Counted from the stretch's first letter, positions 25,375 to 40,105 are shown. The stretch is DNA of 64,000 nucleotides from Eledone cirrhosa (GCA_964016885.1 OZ024743.1:350672001-350736000), one strand, 5' to 3'. Numbers and translations: made by a program. The notes: generated by a model not told the origin, from the sequence alone.

Positions 25375-28200
25375 ATCATCACCATCATCATTTTTACATC
25401 CATTTTTCCAATCTAGCATGGGTTGGACAGGTCTTTTTCAGCTCAGCATCACTCTACTCACCACATTATTCCTGTGACATCTCATCTGCGAGTCCCAGCG
25501 ATTTGAAATCAGCTCTTACTAGTTCTGCCCAGGTCTTCCTTGGTCTACTTCTACAGCGGCTTCCCTCCACTGGGATTTTCTGGCACTTCTTCACCCAGCA
25601 ATCCTCACATGCCCATACCAATGCAGTCTTCTTTCTTGCACACCACTTCTGATTCCTCTTAAACTCAGTTTCTCCCTCAGTTCATCCAAGCTCTGTCTTC
25701 TGCTGTCGCTGCCCATGTTTCACTACCATACAGCATTGCATTTCACAAATGGGTGTCATAAAGTCATCCTTTTGTACATAGGAAGAAACCTTTTGTTGTC
25801 AACAGTAGGAGTAGTTCTCAAAACTTCTTCCATCCTATCGTTATTCTAGCTATTCTGCTCTCAGAACACCCTTCTCCGCTGCTAATTAAGTCACCTAGAT
25901 AGCAGAAGCCTTCAATCACTTCTATGGATCCTCCATGTGATAGAAAAAGGTTTATATCCATGATGCTCTTCTCCTCAATGACCCCTGGGCATCTTCTATA
26001 TACAACATTTTTCCTTCCTGTTAGTCTACCTGTTATCTCACTACATCTTTTGTGTACCCAGGATTTACATTGTGTACATCATATAGAGTTTATACCTACT
26101 CTTTTTCTACATTGTGAGCAGAGCCACTTCCCTGAAGGGATCAGGGTCCTATTTTCTTTCCTACTCACTAGCACTTTAGTTTTGGCTAAGTTTACTCTCA
26201 GACCTTTTGACTGCAAGTTGTTTCCATAGTTGGAACTTATTCTCTTGTTCTTTTATGGATTAAGCTATAAGGACCAGGTCATACACGTAAAGAAGACTGG
26301 TGGTCACCAGTCTTAATCTGTTATCGCCTAGAGAACTATTATGAATAGCAGTGGCTAAAAACTGAACCCTGATTGACTCCTACTTGAACCTTGAATCCCT
26401 CATTAAACTCACTTTACTGACAGTTCCTCTGTACATGGCTTGCACAGCTCTCACAAGCCATTCTTCTACACCTAATTTCCTTAACAACCACCAGATAATA
26501 GATTGAGATACTCAATCAAAGGCCTTTTCAAGATCAACAAAAAGTTAAATATAGCAACTTATTCTTGGTTAGGAACTTCTCTTGTAGTTGTCTCACTAAG
26601 AAGAGGACATCTGTAGTACTTTTGCCAGGCATAAAACTAAACTGCATCTTGTCTAAGTTGACTCCTTCCTAAATTAACTTTGCTATAACTTTTTCTGTCA
26701 ATTTCATAATTTGGTCCCTTAGTTTTATTCCTATATAGTTGCTCCTTTCTAGAGCATCACATTTGCTCTTGTAGTAATTTGATTGTACAGCTGCCCAAAT
26801 CATTGGGTGTGACTCCGTTCTGTTTTACCTGATTGACTATGCGAGTTACTAGTCTAGTTCAACTCTTACTGCTCTCGATGCTTTTAGCATCCTAGCAACT
26901 ATCTCTGATAGGGCTGCAATTTTACCATTCCTCATCTCCTTAGTTGCTTTTTTAACCCTACAACTGTCAACTTCAATAGCTGGTGTCTTCTATTGGGTAA
27001 GTTGGGGGTAGTCTATCTTCCTTCCTTCATTTTCTGCATTCATCAGTCTCTCATAGTAATATTTCCAGGCTTCTTTCTTTTAAGCATCAGTGGTTCTAAG
27101 TGCACCGGAGTCATTTTTCACACACTTTTCCCCAACAACATCACAATTCACACAGACGCGCTGCTGTGCAATGTGGAACACTTCATGTTGCAAGGCATTG
27201 GCAAATCTTCTTTTGTCAGCCTCTCGCAGAGTTGCATATACCTTGCTTCTGTCTTGGCTACCATATATTGGTCTCTGCTACCCCCTTTTTTTCCAGTCTT
27301 TCCATGCCCATATCTTGGCTTTAATCACCCTATCTACTGTGCTGTTCCACCACTAAGTCACCCTGTCTGGCTGGTGCCTTTCTCCAGCTATAAGTCTCAT
27401 CAGTTATCCTCTGTTATATGCATTCTGTAAGGCCTTTAGCTTCCAAACCCTCTGTCTCAATGTTTTCCGGCATATCTGGTTCTGTTTTGTGTTTAATCTG
27501 ATATCATTAATAACTAACTTGTGTTGGACAGCGCATTCTTCCCCAAGGAAGGCTTTAACATTTATTACAGTCTCATTATCTTACAAATAAGAAATCAATC
27601 AGGCTTATGTATTTGGCTAGCTGGTTTCCTGAAATGTCTGTTGCAAATGGTTAGTTCATTTGCATCACAGAATTCCAGGAGCCTCACTCCCTCTTCTCTT
27701 CTTGAGCCATAACTATAGCTGCCATGGACTCCAGTGAATCCAACCTTATACTTTCCAACATGTCAACTGAAGTTACCTGCCAAGATGTTGAAGTCTCTTT
27801 CATCAGTAGTTGAGGTTGTCAGTTAAAGTTCCTCATAGAATCTGTCCTTTTGTTCTTTCTGCAGTCCTGCCTATGGTGCAGAGGTAGATGTAATTGTACC
27901 CATTCCACAGCTATTCTAAGCTTGATAATTCTGACACTCTAACTACCTCTATCACCTTATCTATCCATTTCTCAGCAAGCAGAATGCCTACACCACCTAC
28001 CCTATCGTCATTTCATGCCCAGTAAAGTTTGTATCTATGTTGGGGGTAACCCACCATCTTATGTCTTGTACACAGCATACATCCACTTCTCTTCTTTCTA
28101 ACAGTTTCACAATTTCACCTGAATTACCTTTGAGGGTGGCAGTCATGAGATTTGTAATTTGACAGTTAGTTCCTTTAGTAGCAGTTCTTTGTACCTGGAA
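25375..28200 (-). mobile_element. Near full-length decayed RTE LINE
   Basis: Minus-strand order: endonuclease (DVCCVQ, GNFS.HVG), RT (VDLEKAFD, VGVNQGSV, FCYLGD), RRLHWYG, then 3'UTR and (GAT)n tail. Confidence 0.8.
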
Positions 28201-28562
28201 GGGAAAAAAGGTGTGCAATTGTTTGATGATAGTCAAGGGGTTCTCACACATTGTTACTCTGGCCACTCCACTACTGTGTACAGCACTAACATGACTAGTG
28301 CTAGCCATGTATATATGCAATTAGTGTTAAACATGTGTTTTCCATAATTTTTGGCAGGGCAGGTTTTTTTCTGGCTAGATGCCTTTCCTGTCACCAATCA
28401 TTTTACAGCGTACACTGGGTACATTGTTCATAACGCCAGCACTAGAGGGGCTGTCTTACTGGATTTGAGAGTCCTCTCTACCCTATATAAGTTTTTATTC
28501 AGTGTCTACTCTCCTAGATGAGTTGTCTTCACTATAGCTTACAGAGTCCACATCTGTATATA

Positions 28563-29850
28563 CAGGGTGCGGACGATATTTGTTCGAAAAAATAACACAG
28601 TAGTTTTATTTTTTAAGATATATTTATCAAACTTGGGTCAGTTTGTCTTCATGACTTGTTCTTGTGATCTCACTCGATAAACGCGCCATTGGTTTTGATG
28701 ACGGCCTCAAGGCAGCCTCGGAACCGGCTACAGGCCTTCGTCACTGTCCCGCGACTTAGGCCCCTAAAGGCACTTGTGATCCTGGCCTTCAGATCATCTT
28801 TCGTATTGCAGCTAGATCTGTTGGTGTCTCGTTCCACTACGCCCCACACAAAGAAGTCGAGGGGGTTGCAGTCAGGCGAGCTGGGAAGCCAGATGTCAGG
28901 TGAAGTGTGGTCGACAAAGTTCTGACAGCCAGGCTTGGGTCTTTCGGCTGATATAGCAGGGCACTGAATCTTGCTGCCACACATACGGCCTACCTGCAGC
29001 TACCTGGTAGATCCAGGGCTTTACTACCTCGCTCAGAACGCGGATGTAGCCATCGGTGTTCAGCTTGAGGCCCCCAGGGAAGAAGTGAGGTGGCATGACA
29101 TCACCTTGACTGCTGACGACACCTAAGATCAATGTTGTTGCTGAAAACTTTGTCTGCATGACTCTGGGCATGTCTTTGGATGAGACAGCGAGCCACCTGT
29201 TGTTCTGGGAGTTGATCTTCTGGTCTTGGCAGAAGTTTTTCTCATCGGAGAAAAACCACAGCATGTCTGGCTCCAGTGGGTGTTTCAACTTGTTGATCAG
29301 CTTCTTTGCGTGCTTCAGTCGCTTTTCTTGCATCGCCTTTGACAGAAATTGTCCTTTCCTCATCTTGTATGAAACATAGCAAATGTCTTCATGTACCACC
29401 AGCCTAATGAGCTTTTCACCCACGCCTTTCTCCCTTGCAATGGCACGCATCGACTTACTAGGTTCATTGTTAATGATATCCTGAACTTCAGCGACGAACT
29501 CGGGCGTTCTGAAGGCGTCAGATCGTCGATCATGTGTTTTCCTCTCTGATGTTGCTTCTTAGTCGAATCCTGAATCTTCCAATTCCTTTTTGACCTTTTC
29601 CACCATTCTCCTGCTGACGCTGAGAAAGTCTGAAATTTCCTTATTTGTCCCCCCGGCGCGGATTCCAAGAAGAACTCCGTGTCTCTTCCCCAAATTTGGA
29701 GGTTCAAAATTATTCATAATCAATTATTCTGAAAATAAATAATGGAAATATAGTCACTGTTTTTATGAAGACAAGAGTGACAACGGAAGTAAAAAAAATT
29801 TGCATAAAATTAGCAGTTGAAAATTGCGAACAAATATCGTCCACACCCTG
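28563..29850 (-). mobile_element. Tc1/mariner-superfamily transposon, DD37D (maT) type, 1288 bp
   Basis: 24-bp TIR CAGGGTG(C/T)GGACGATATTTGTTCG at both ends, with a TA duplication. Confidence 0.92.
28670..29717 (-). pseudogene. Frameshifted DD37D transposase
   Basis: WFFSDEK, WQQD and SPDCNPLD motifs. 37 residues lie between the 2nd and 3rd Asp once the frameshift near 28920 is repaired. Confidence 0.85.
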
Positions 29851-31387
29851 TATATATATGTGTGTATGTGCATGTATATATATCATCATCATCATCATTT
29901 TACGTCCGCTTTTCCCTGCTTAAAATAACAGATTAAAGTCTAAGCAAAGAATTGCCTCTTTGGAATTTAGTCTTCACATTTATTATTATTACTATATATA
30001 TATATATAGATATATATAATCACCATCATCATCATTTAATGTCTATTTTCCACGTTAGCATGGGTTAGACGGGTTTGTCACATTAGAGGCAAGTTGGATT
30101 GGGTGACCATGTCATGTTCATATAGGACTGTTGCTGGCTTGTTTTCTACAGCTGGATGCCCTTCCTAATGCCAACCACATTTACAGTGTGTGCTTTTCGC
30201 TGTGTCTCCTACATGACCACTTTACAGTGTGGGCTGGATTTTTTGTGATCCCAACATAACTTTATAGAGTAAGTGTAGGCGGAAATGGGAGGGTGTGTGT
30301 GGGGGGTTTATATTGGATTAAGAGGTGCCTATTGAGTGTATGTTTAAGTCCGTGTGCAAGGGATCATTATATATATAGTATCAGCAGAAAAGCAGACAGA
30401 AAAATTTATGGGCGTCTAAAAACTAAAAAAAAAGTCCATTTCACATTGCTCTAGTGCACTTAGCTAAATAAAATCGAAGCAGTAGCTGGGGGTTATCCAT
30501 GTAGGCTTGTACTCTTAATCATTTACTGCTTTATGTAGCCAGGGGTAAACTTCTGGGATAAGCCTGTGGGCTCAAGACAGGCTTTTTTTTTTAATGAAAG
30601 CACTGTATGTATACTGCTAATAATTATGCCTTACATGACACCTCTTCGCCTAAATATATAAGATGTATCAGTTCATATGCCCATTCCATATTGCCTTCTT
30701 TTAGCACTATCAACATTTATACATATAGCTACCCACACAAAAACATACACATAATTACTGACAAGTACACATAAACAATAACTAACTTGTTTGTGAATGA
30801 AGGGCCTCTGAGAGAGATTTTGCAAGGTGAAACATGACCGCTTTTAGGACAGGAGGCTCTATCAAAATTCAAGGAGCTGCGAGGTTTTTTCTAAAAGTAG
30901 AGCGTCAGATACTTACGGGATTCTCCTTAGGTTTCCAAGCCCCGGACAGATATATACCAACTGAATTACCCTCATATAGTCCCTGTGTGTATGTATATAT
31001 TAAAACCGTAGTAATGTTGTAAAGAGAATACCATTTGTTCTTGCAATGTAAAAAGTATTTATAATCACAATTGGTGTGCTATAAATTGGAAATATTGAGG
31101 ATAAACAAAGAACTGTTTACTTAATATTGACATTGTTTTGACATGAAGACAGAAACATAACACTTTCATAGAAGTCATAAAAAATGTCAACATCTTTCAG
31201 AAGTTAGTATAGTCAATGTTTTATATAAATGTATTACAAACGCATTATTAACAAATAACTTCTGATATGTCCATATTAAATATCTACCCTTCCCTCACAT
31301 ATTTCAAACATTGTTAAAAAAAAGAAGGGAATATCAACAATAACAACGACTGTATAAAGTGTACTAGAAGAGACATTTAGGAAGGCT

Positions 31388-32176
<789 letters not shown>

Positions 32177-32744
32177 TTATCAACCACTGGATATTTTTAC
32201 AATAACTATTTAATATTATCATTGATATTGTGAAAGAAAGTCATATATACTTTTAATTAGTTGAATGATTTCTATATATTTGGAATATTGATTTTTATTT
32301 TGAGGTTGTAAAGAAATATTTATCAGTAAAGTAATCTCCCTTTAGTAAAATATATTTCAGTAACTTTATAATGTGACACCGGATTAATGAGTAATTGTTA
32401 AGTCAACGAAAATCAATAAAATGTTTAATACATAAATGAATAGAAAAATAATTAGTTATCCGACTGTTACTTTGTGTAGAGACTAAGAAAGATATGTAGA
32501 TAGGTTGGTAACTCATAGATTAATAGGTAAATATGTAGATCGACGAGTAATAAAGTATGTTGAGAGAGGGAGACAGGCCTGTTTAGATTAATACGTTTTA
32601 TATCAATAAATATATAAAATTTTAAAAATATATAAATAAATATATCTAAAAAAATAAATATGTTATAAAAATTATTTCGTCCTTTAGTGAATTATATTAA
32701 TGTATTATAATTTTCATTAACTGATCTGCTAGCGAACGGTACAG

Positions 32745-34075
32745 CTACTTGATATGATGGTTAGTTGCAATATTAGCAGGCTCCCTAACAACTCTCCGGG
32801 GAAACGCCTCCATTCTGTCCGCCGGGGCGGCTAGCACGTGGGACCCCATTTGTTCACTATACAGAGAGATGGGGAGGGCGAGAGAGATGGGGGCGAAGAC
32901 GGTAGGAGTTCGGCTCTTCCGTGTTCGGACACATTGCACCTGTCAAGAGTGTATTTTCATATTTACACAACTTTGACAATCACCTAAACCACCATCACCT
33001 CTGTAATCATATCTTCTAGCAGGCTCTTGTCGGACGAATAAGCAACGCCAGACCAACAGCTGTAAAATACTAAGGGAGATGGAGCAATGGGTGACACCTG
33101 TAGCTCCCAAGAAAACTCTTACAACCCAGTGATGTAGCTATGACGAGGCGAGTATAGGTCGCCTCTAAAAAAGCCTAGTCTTCGCAGGTCTGAGAATGTA
33201 TCATATTGGTAACTGGCGCGAACAAGACCACCGGAATTGCAATATGGCGAGAAGTGACAAAAAGAACCATACTGTATCGTCCTTTACACGGGTTAACAAG
33301 GGATGCGTTCAGGCCTCAGGTACAGGGGCCTGTTCGAAAAATATATTGCAAACTCCATTTCATGCCTCAAAAACTGACGATTGACCTGCGACCTGTCCTG
33401 GGAGAAGTGAGATGGACGCACAAAGATTGCGTATCCCCAGACCCCAAAGAGGGTTCGGAAGGGAGCAAACCTTGACAATTGGAACCTGGAATATCACAAA
33501 CTTTATAGGTAAGGAGCAGGAACTAGTAGAGGAGGCTAGATGTTATCGGCTAGATATAGTCGGGGCTTCCTCAACAAAGATCTGTGGCTCTGGTACTGTA
33601 GATTTGGATGGTGGTTAGAAGATCCCTATTCAGGTGTGGCGCCAGAAATGACAGTACATGCGGAAGTGGTGATACTGACAAGCCCCCGACTGTGTTATGA
33701 ACTGGATATCTTTATGAGGGAGGATTAGCTTTTGAAACTTAGGCTGAAAGATATATCTCTGTGGGCGGTGCAAGTTAATGCACCAAACAAAGAGTCCGAA
33801 TACAGATCCTTCCTTGATGAATTCACTGCACTGTTAGGTGTGGTTACGACTGAGAGAAATATCCTAAGGGGAGACTTTAATGCACATGTTGACACTAACT
33901 ACCTGACATGGAAAGGAGTGATTGGAAGGAACGGCGATTCCAATCTACATACGAATGGAGAGGCCTTATTAGACTTCTGCTCTAGCAATAGACTAATATG
34001 AACACCTTCTTTCAGCACAGAGGTATCCATAAATATACATGATATAAGGGGAATGAGGGACAGAGATCAATAATT
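32745..34075 (+). mobile_element. RTE LINE 5' part (5'UTR plus decayed APE endonuclease)
   Basis: TIGTWNI, LDIVG, VNAPN, GDFNAHV, NGEALLDFC and NTFFQH motifs. Confidence 0.85.
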
Positions 34076-35067
34076 ATGATGGCGATTGAGACGTGGCATA
34101 GTTCAAACTAGATTAATGAACGAGAATTAAGAACCGAATTATTCAATAATTAAAGTATTATTCTTTTTTTCCCTTTTACTAAATTAAGATAGTAAACCTA
34201 TAATTAGTTCTGGACTAACCTTTATGTAGGTATGTAGATAGGCAGAGTAGTATTTAAATATATAAATATGTAGGTGCGTATAAGCACACACAGACATAGG
34301 TATATTTAATAAATCAATATATATATATATATATCCAAAATTAAATTAAGGGTGTCATGTCAGAGAGACATGCACCATATCCACTGTAGAATATGCTCCA
34401 AGATTCCAATGAATAGATCTGAGCATTTTAAATCAACTAGAAATTGATTGACATATATATATATATCTAAGATAAACATATGAAACAATCATAGGGAATA
34501 ATTTGTAAAAGTGTGTAAGCACACATAGCTAGGTAGGTAACCAATTAAAGTTTAACTAGAACTTAAAAAATAGATACCTTATAAATTGATTAATCTTCCT
34601 TGTATATATTTCATTAAAGAAATATACCTCAGCGTCAATCGATCGGTAAACCACAGTAGCCAAATTTTGGATTTTCAACAAGGGAGAAGATCTAACTATC
34701 TGTATTTACACAGCAAATTCAAATCTGCGAATGACTTGTAGCACGTGTTGCATTTTTTAAAAATACACACATCGTACCAGCTTCATCCCGATGGCGTGAA
34801 TAGGGTTATCGACAACTAGATATAGATATAGCAGCCAAGTCCTTTCAACTGAGTTAGCTTTACAGTTAAGGGGCCGTGTATATATCCAAAATTAAATTAA
34901 GGGTGTCATGTCAGAGAGACATGCGCCATATCCACTGTAGAATATGCTCCTATATTTCAATGAATACATCCGAGCATTTTATATCAACTAGATATATATA
35001 TCCGTATGTGGTTGTCGATTGAGAAAAAGGAGTACTCAATATAGAAGTAGAGTTTTAATATAAATCA

Positions 35068-35070
<3 letters not shown>

Positions 35071-35166
<96 letters not shown>

Positions 35167-35173
35167 TAGACAT

Positions 35174-35232
<59 letters not shown>
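35071..35232. repeat. Compound (TG)n/(CA)n/(TA)n microsatellite
   Basis: Read directly from the sequence. Confidence 0.95.
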
Positions 35233-35233
<1 letters not shown>

Positions 35234-35387
35234 GTAGGTCCCGGGTTGAGTCGGGGATAACCACAGTAAGTAAGGTACTCAATACATGGCAGAGTAAAAT
35301 TTTTTTATTTTATAGAAGGAGCTTCTACATGACTAGTACTGTTTCATTCAGATGAAATCTTCAGGAACCATATATATATATATATAT

Positions 35388-35731
35388 ATAATATAAGATC
35401 AAAAGATGGTTAAAGGAGTTCTATGTATTTTATTATGCGCATTTCAAAAACAAACATCATCATGCAATAATATTTGTGTTTTCATCAGATAAAACAGGAG
35501 AACATGATATGAAGGCTAAAAAACACTTGTGGATAGTGCAGTTTTAAATCAACATATCATGATATGTTGATTTAAAACTGCACTATCCACAAGTGTTTTT
35601 TAGCCTTCATATCATGTTCTCCTGTTTTATCTGATGAAAACACAAATATTATTGCATGATGATGTTTGTTTTTGAAATGCGCATAATAAAATACATGGAA
35701 CTCCTTTAACCATCTTTTGATCTTATATTAT
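35388..35731. repeat. Spacer-less palindrome, 172-bp arms, one mismatch
   Basis: Centre CA|TG at 35559/35560. Single mismatch T35422/G35697. Confidence 0.95.
35623..35693 (+). ncRNA. Type I hammerhead ribozyme candidate, Penelope-type (mirror copy on - strand at 35426-35496)
   Basis: Stem I TGTTTTAT/ATAAAATA, CTGATGA, long stem II, GAAA, minimal stem III with palindromic GCGC loop, and an AUA cleavage triplet. Confidence 0.7.
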
Positions 35732-35814
35732 GTATACTCCAGTCCTACAAACTGTAGAGTGCTTCTTATCCGATATCTGCATTGCTTTATTGTACTACAA
35801 TAAAACTCACCTCC

Positions 35815-35924
<110 letters not shown>

Positions 35925-36359
35925 AACAACGAAAGAACTGTTTAGTTAAGCCGATTTGTCAATACGGATTTATTACATTTGGTTAAGATTGTAGTTTGAA
36001 TAAAATCAGTGAGGGAGAGACGTTGATAGCTAGATAGATAGCGACACTATCTGAGAGTATCCTATCAAGGTTAACTCCCTTGAACATGGGAAATAACCGT
36101 TGATTCGGAAAAGCGCAATTAGAAAAATATATACCACAGAACGGTGGATGTATGCGTGTAGCCATAAGGTTAGCTATAGTTGAGTAAACTTATTAAATGT
36201 ATTCCAGTCATAATCATGTTCTATAAAATGTACAAAAAAAAAAAAGAAAGCAGCGTTAGAAAGGACTATAAATGTTATAAGTAAGAAGAAAAGGAGGGAA
36301 AGAGCAAGGGTTATTAGGAAATGAAAGAAAAAAGGGGGAGGGGAGAGTGTGACAGACTC

Positions 36360-36500
36360 TAAACTTAGGTCGGAGTGGTGTTTCGGCTGCACCCCGCAGA
36401 CAAAATTGCAAAGGCATTTCCGCGGGCAATGGCCAGCGACACCTGCATCAACAGCTACACCACCCCGCGGGATCTTTCTTCAGGCGGTCCGCTTCATTCC
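36360..36500 (-). mobile_element. CRE-like non-LTR element, 3' fragment
   Basis: Minus strand encodes VSLAIARGNAFAIL, matching the SIAIQRGNA-type C-terminus of restriction-like endonuclease ORFs. Confidence 0.55.
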
Positions 36501-36869
36501 GATTTTATAGAGAAGGTCAGCTGTTCTTTTGGGGATATCCAGAACTTCTTTGTACTATGTCCATCCCATCTTAAAGATTGCAGTTGTAAGTTTAGGGAGA
36601 TTGGGTTGTTATTTCTAGCATCCTTCCATCGTATGTGGACGTGTCTGTATGTTCTTGAAATAGTATTTATGTAGGGATGGTTGGGGGAATGTGAGCCTAT
36701 AAATGTGTATGGATTTGTATATAAGTATATATATGCGTATGAGTAGATGTATACATGCATGTGTTTTACTGTGTATGTGTATGAGTGCCTATGTATCTAT
36801 TGCATATGTATTGTCTTTGTATGTGGGATATTATGCGTAATATTTAGTGCATCTAATTTCTGTCATTAT

Positions 36870-37690
36870 TCGGTGGATTGGCAGTATCGGTAGAGGGTCG
36901 GACGCCATGCTTTGCAGCAAAGAGTTACGGCTCTTTATGGTCTGAGTTCAAATCCCGCCGAGGTTAACTTTGCCTTTCATCCTTACGGAGTCGATAAAAT
37001 AAAGTACCAGTAATGCACTGGGGTAGTTGCTGGCCTTGTGCCAAACGTAGAAACAATTATTTTGGCAGTGTCGGTAGAGTGATGGTCCTTTACATTCTGA
37101 GTTCTAATCTCGTCGAGGTTAACTTTGCCTTTCATCCTTACGGGGTCGATAAAATAAAGTACCAGTAATGCACTGGGGTAATTGCTAGCCTTGTGCCAAA
37201 AGTAGAAACGATTATTTTGGCAGTGTCGGCAGAGAGTCGGACACCATGCTTAGCAGCATAGAGTTACGGCCCTTTACGATCTCAGTTCAAATCCCGTCGG
37301 GGTTAACTTTTCCTTTCATCTTTAAGGGGTCGATAAAATAAAGTACCAGGCAGACACTGGGGTCGATTTAATCGACTTTCCCCTCCCTCAAAATTGCTGG
37401 CCTTCTGCCTATATAAGAAACCATTTAGGGGGTCGATAAAATAAAGTACCAGTAATGCACTGGGTAATTTTCTGGCCTTGTGCCTAAAGTAGAAACAATT
37501 ATTTTCTCTAGGGCGGTGGATTGGCAGTATCGGTAAAGGGTCGAACGCCATGCTTTCCCTTTACGATCTGAGTTCAAATCCCGCCGAGATTGACTTTGCC
37601 TTTCCTCCTTACGAGGTCGATAAAATAAAGTACCAGTAATGCACTGGGTAATTGCTGGCCTTGTGCCTAAAGTAGAAACAATTTTTTTCT
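36870..37690 (+). mobile_element. Head-to-tail cluster of about five family-1 SINEs
   Basis: Copies start near 36870, 37062, 37217, 37425 (partial) and 37512. The last copy is flanked by duplicated TTTTCTCTAGGG. Confidence 0.9.
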
Positions 37691-38170
37691 CTAGGGAGAG
37701 AGTGTGTGTGTGCATGGGCCACGAATTAATTTTATTTTTTTGCAAGTGATTCTGAGAGATATTTGTAGTATATTTCGGGGCTTCTATTTCTAGCAGGTTG
37801 AGTAACAAATAACGACTCCAGTAGCTGCCGGTCCCCCCTCCCCCTCTCTCTCTCCCTCTCTCTCTCTCTCTGTTGTGTGTGTGAATGCGTTCGTGCGTGG
37901 ATGTGGTGTGGTCAAATGGCGAAGGAGTTCGCTTTGCAAATAATTAGGTCGTTGGCTCGGTCCTATTGCGTGGGAATTTAGACACATGGCATTTAGGAAC
38001 CAAGTATTATCAGTGAACCAAGCTATGTGAAGCATAGTGTTGGTTGCCTTATTGATGACGTCCGACTGGAAGAGAATGAAATACGCTAGGTTACCAGTTA
38101 CAGAGTGGCATGAAGACCTGTTTTGAGGCCGCCCTACGTTACTCCACCTTATGATGAGATGGAGTCGATT

Positions 38171-38253
<83 letters not shown>

Positions 38254-38279
38254 ATACATGTGAATGAAGTTCCACTGAA

Positions 38280-38850
38280 ATAGGTGGAGAAGTTAATGTA
38301 TCTCTGGGCCGTGTTCATGAGGCAGGAGGCTGAATTAAGTGCAGGAATTGCAGGAGCTGTTGCAGTAATGCGCCAGCTTCAGCATTCAGTAATCTGAAGA
38401 AAAGAGGTAGGTATAAAAGGCAAACTCGCTATCTCCAATTCAATATTCGTACCAACCCATACCCATAGTCATGAATCTTAGGTAATGACCGAAAAAATAC
38501 GATCACGCATAGAAGCGACCGAAATGGGGTTACTCCGAAGGGCCTCTAGAGTAACGTTACTCGGTAGAGTGCGTAGCTCGGAGATCAGAGAGTCACTCCA
38601 GATAGAGCCGCTACTTTACGAATTGAGAGATCACAGCTCCGATACTATCGGCATGTGGCTAGAATGTCACAGAAAAGAACCGTGGAGAGATTTTCCGGGC
38701 AAATCCAGCCGGCAGTATACCCAGGGGTAGACCCCGAGCAAGATGGTTGGATAACATCCATGGGCTTGGCTGATCTCGCTTGGGGATCTAGCCGGAACAG
38801 TTGGAGATGGTTGCTTCTGAGAGGACCCGCTTGAAGGAGGGGTAGATTGT
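38280..38850 (+). mobile_element. RTE LINE 3' fragment
   Basis: IFVPT...MTEKIRSRIEATEMGLLRR...RVRSSEIRESL...GRP. Confidence 0.8.
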
Positions 38851-39424
38851 TTCTCCTAAAGATAGCGGGCTCAATAAATGTCTCCCTTACTGCAGTTTCA
38901 CGATCTAAAGAACAGAATTGACTATCCCGATTAATTAATTAATTAATTAAGATAGATCAATTCGTCAGAACTCGCAAATCATCAGAGAGGTTTCTGTTTA
39001 TTATTATAAGAAAAAAACATATATTTACCTGTCGCTGAACATTATGTATGCACAAAAGATCTAAAACATTATGATACTAGACATCCGGTGATGTCGTCAG
39101 ATAAAGATTTAGTAATCAACTTCTGGGCAACGGCAAAATATAAACAGAGAATTGATATGAAAGTTGTCCGTCAATCGATGCGAACGACAGACAGTCCCCA
39201 TATATATATAAGTAGAAACACAACAGTTAGTTCACCATACCGAGAACAATTGTTTGACCTTAGCGGATCTTCAGCTCGGAATGGTCATGGTTAAATGGAA
39301 CAGGAAGAACAACCGTATGAACGCGCATGCGCAGAAACGGTCACTTCACCCAAGCGATGCAAAGCCACGGGTGAAAGGTGTAAGGGAGATAACTGCGAAA
39401 TTCCGGAAAAGATGTTCGAGTACC

Positions 39425-40105
39425 CACATACCCATAGAAATCGTCACAATAGACAAACAATCTGGTTCTCTCCTCCCTTCTCACTCAACGTTAAAACTAA
39501 TGTAGGAAAATATTTTTTAGCCCTCTTAGATAGACACTTTCTCATAGGTCACAAATACCACTCCATCTTTAGCAGGCACAGAGTAAAACTAGGGTACTCC
39601 TGCGCTAAGAATATGAAAGCCCACACCATCAAAAGTCCTAAGAGCGGCATCCCACCAGGATGCTCTTGCTGAAAGCCTGAATCTTGTCCACTTCAACAGC
39701 AATGCAACACACCCGCTTTAGTTTATGAAGCTGTGGTCACTTCCAACCGACCAAATCAACCACAGGAGGTCAAATGTGGGTATGGCGGAGGGCCGATTTA
39801 AGGAACGCTTCCTGAACCGTCAGCCGACCTTTAGGTACCCAGACAAACGATCATCCACGAAACTCGCAAGCCACGTATGGTCCCTCAAGGACTCAGGTAT
39901 AGACTACTCCATTCAATGGAAAGCCATCACTAAGTCCAAGCCATACGCAAAGGGCAATCCGTCTTGTGGTCTGTGTATTGAAGAAAGGATAAATATTCTA
40001 AGGAGATTACGCAATAGCGATTGCCTAAATTCAAGAAATGAAATCTTCTCACGTTGTCCACATGTCTGGAAACACCTCTTGCATAACTACAAAGCTCCGG
40101 ATTGA
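39425..40105 (+). pseudogene. Penelope linker plus GIY-YIG endonuclease
   Basis: IWFSPPFSLNVKTNVGK, KLGYSC, CPL...LVYEA, VGMAEGRFKER and CGLCIEE motifs, with stops and frameshifts. Confidence 0.85.

Noticed and set aside
30917-30982. Exon-like segment on - strand (CAG acceptor, GTAAGT donor)
   Set aside because: Weak pyrimidine tract, and the sequence resembles a mariner-type terminus. It cannot be linked confidently to the putative gene.
35310-35370. Hammerhead-like CTGAAGA...GAAAC...GTC on - strand
   Set aside because: Stem I cannot form. Probably a truncated Penelope-type remnant.
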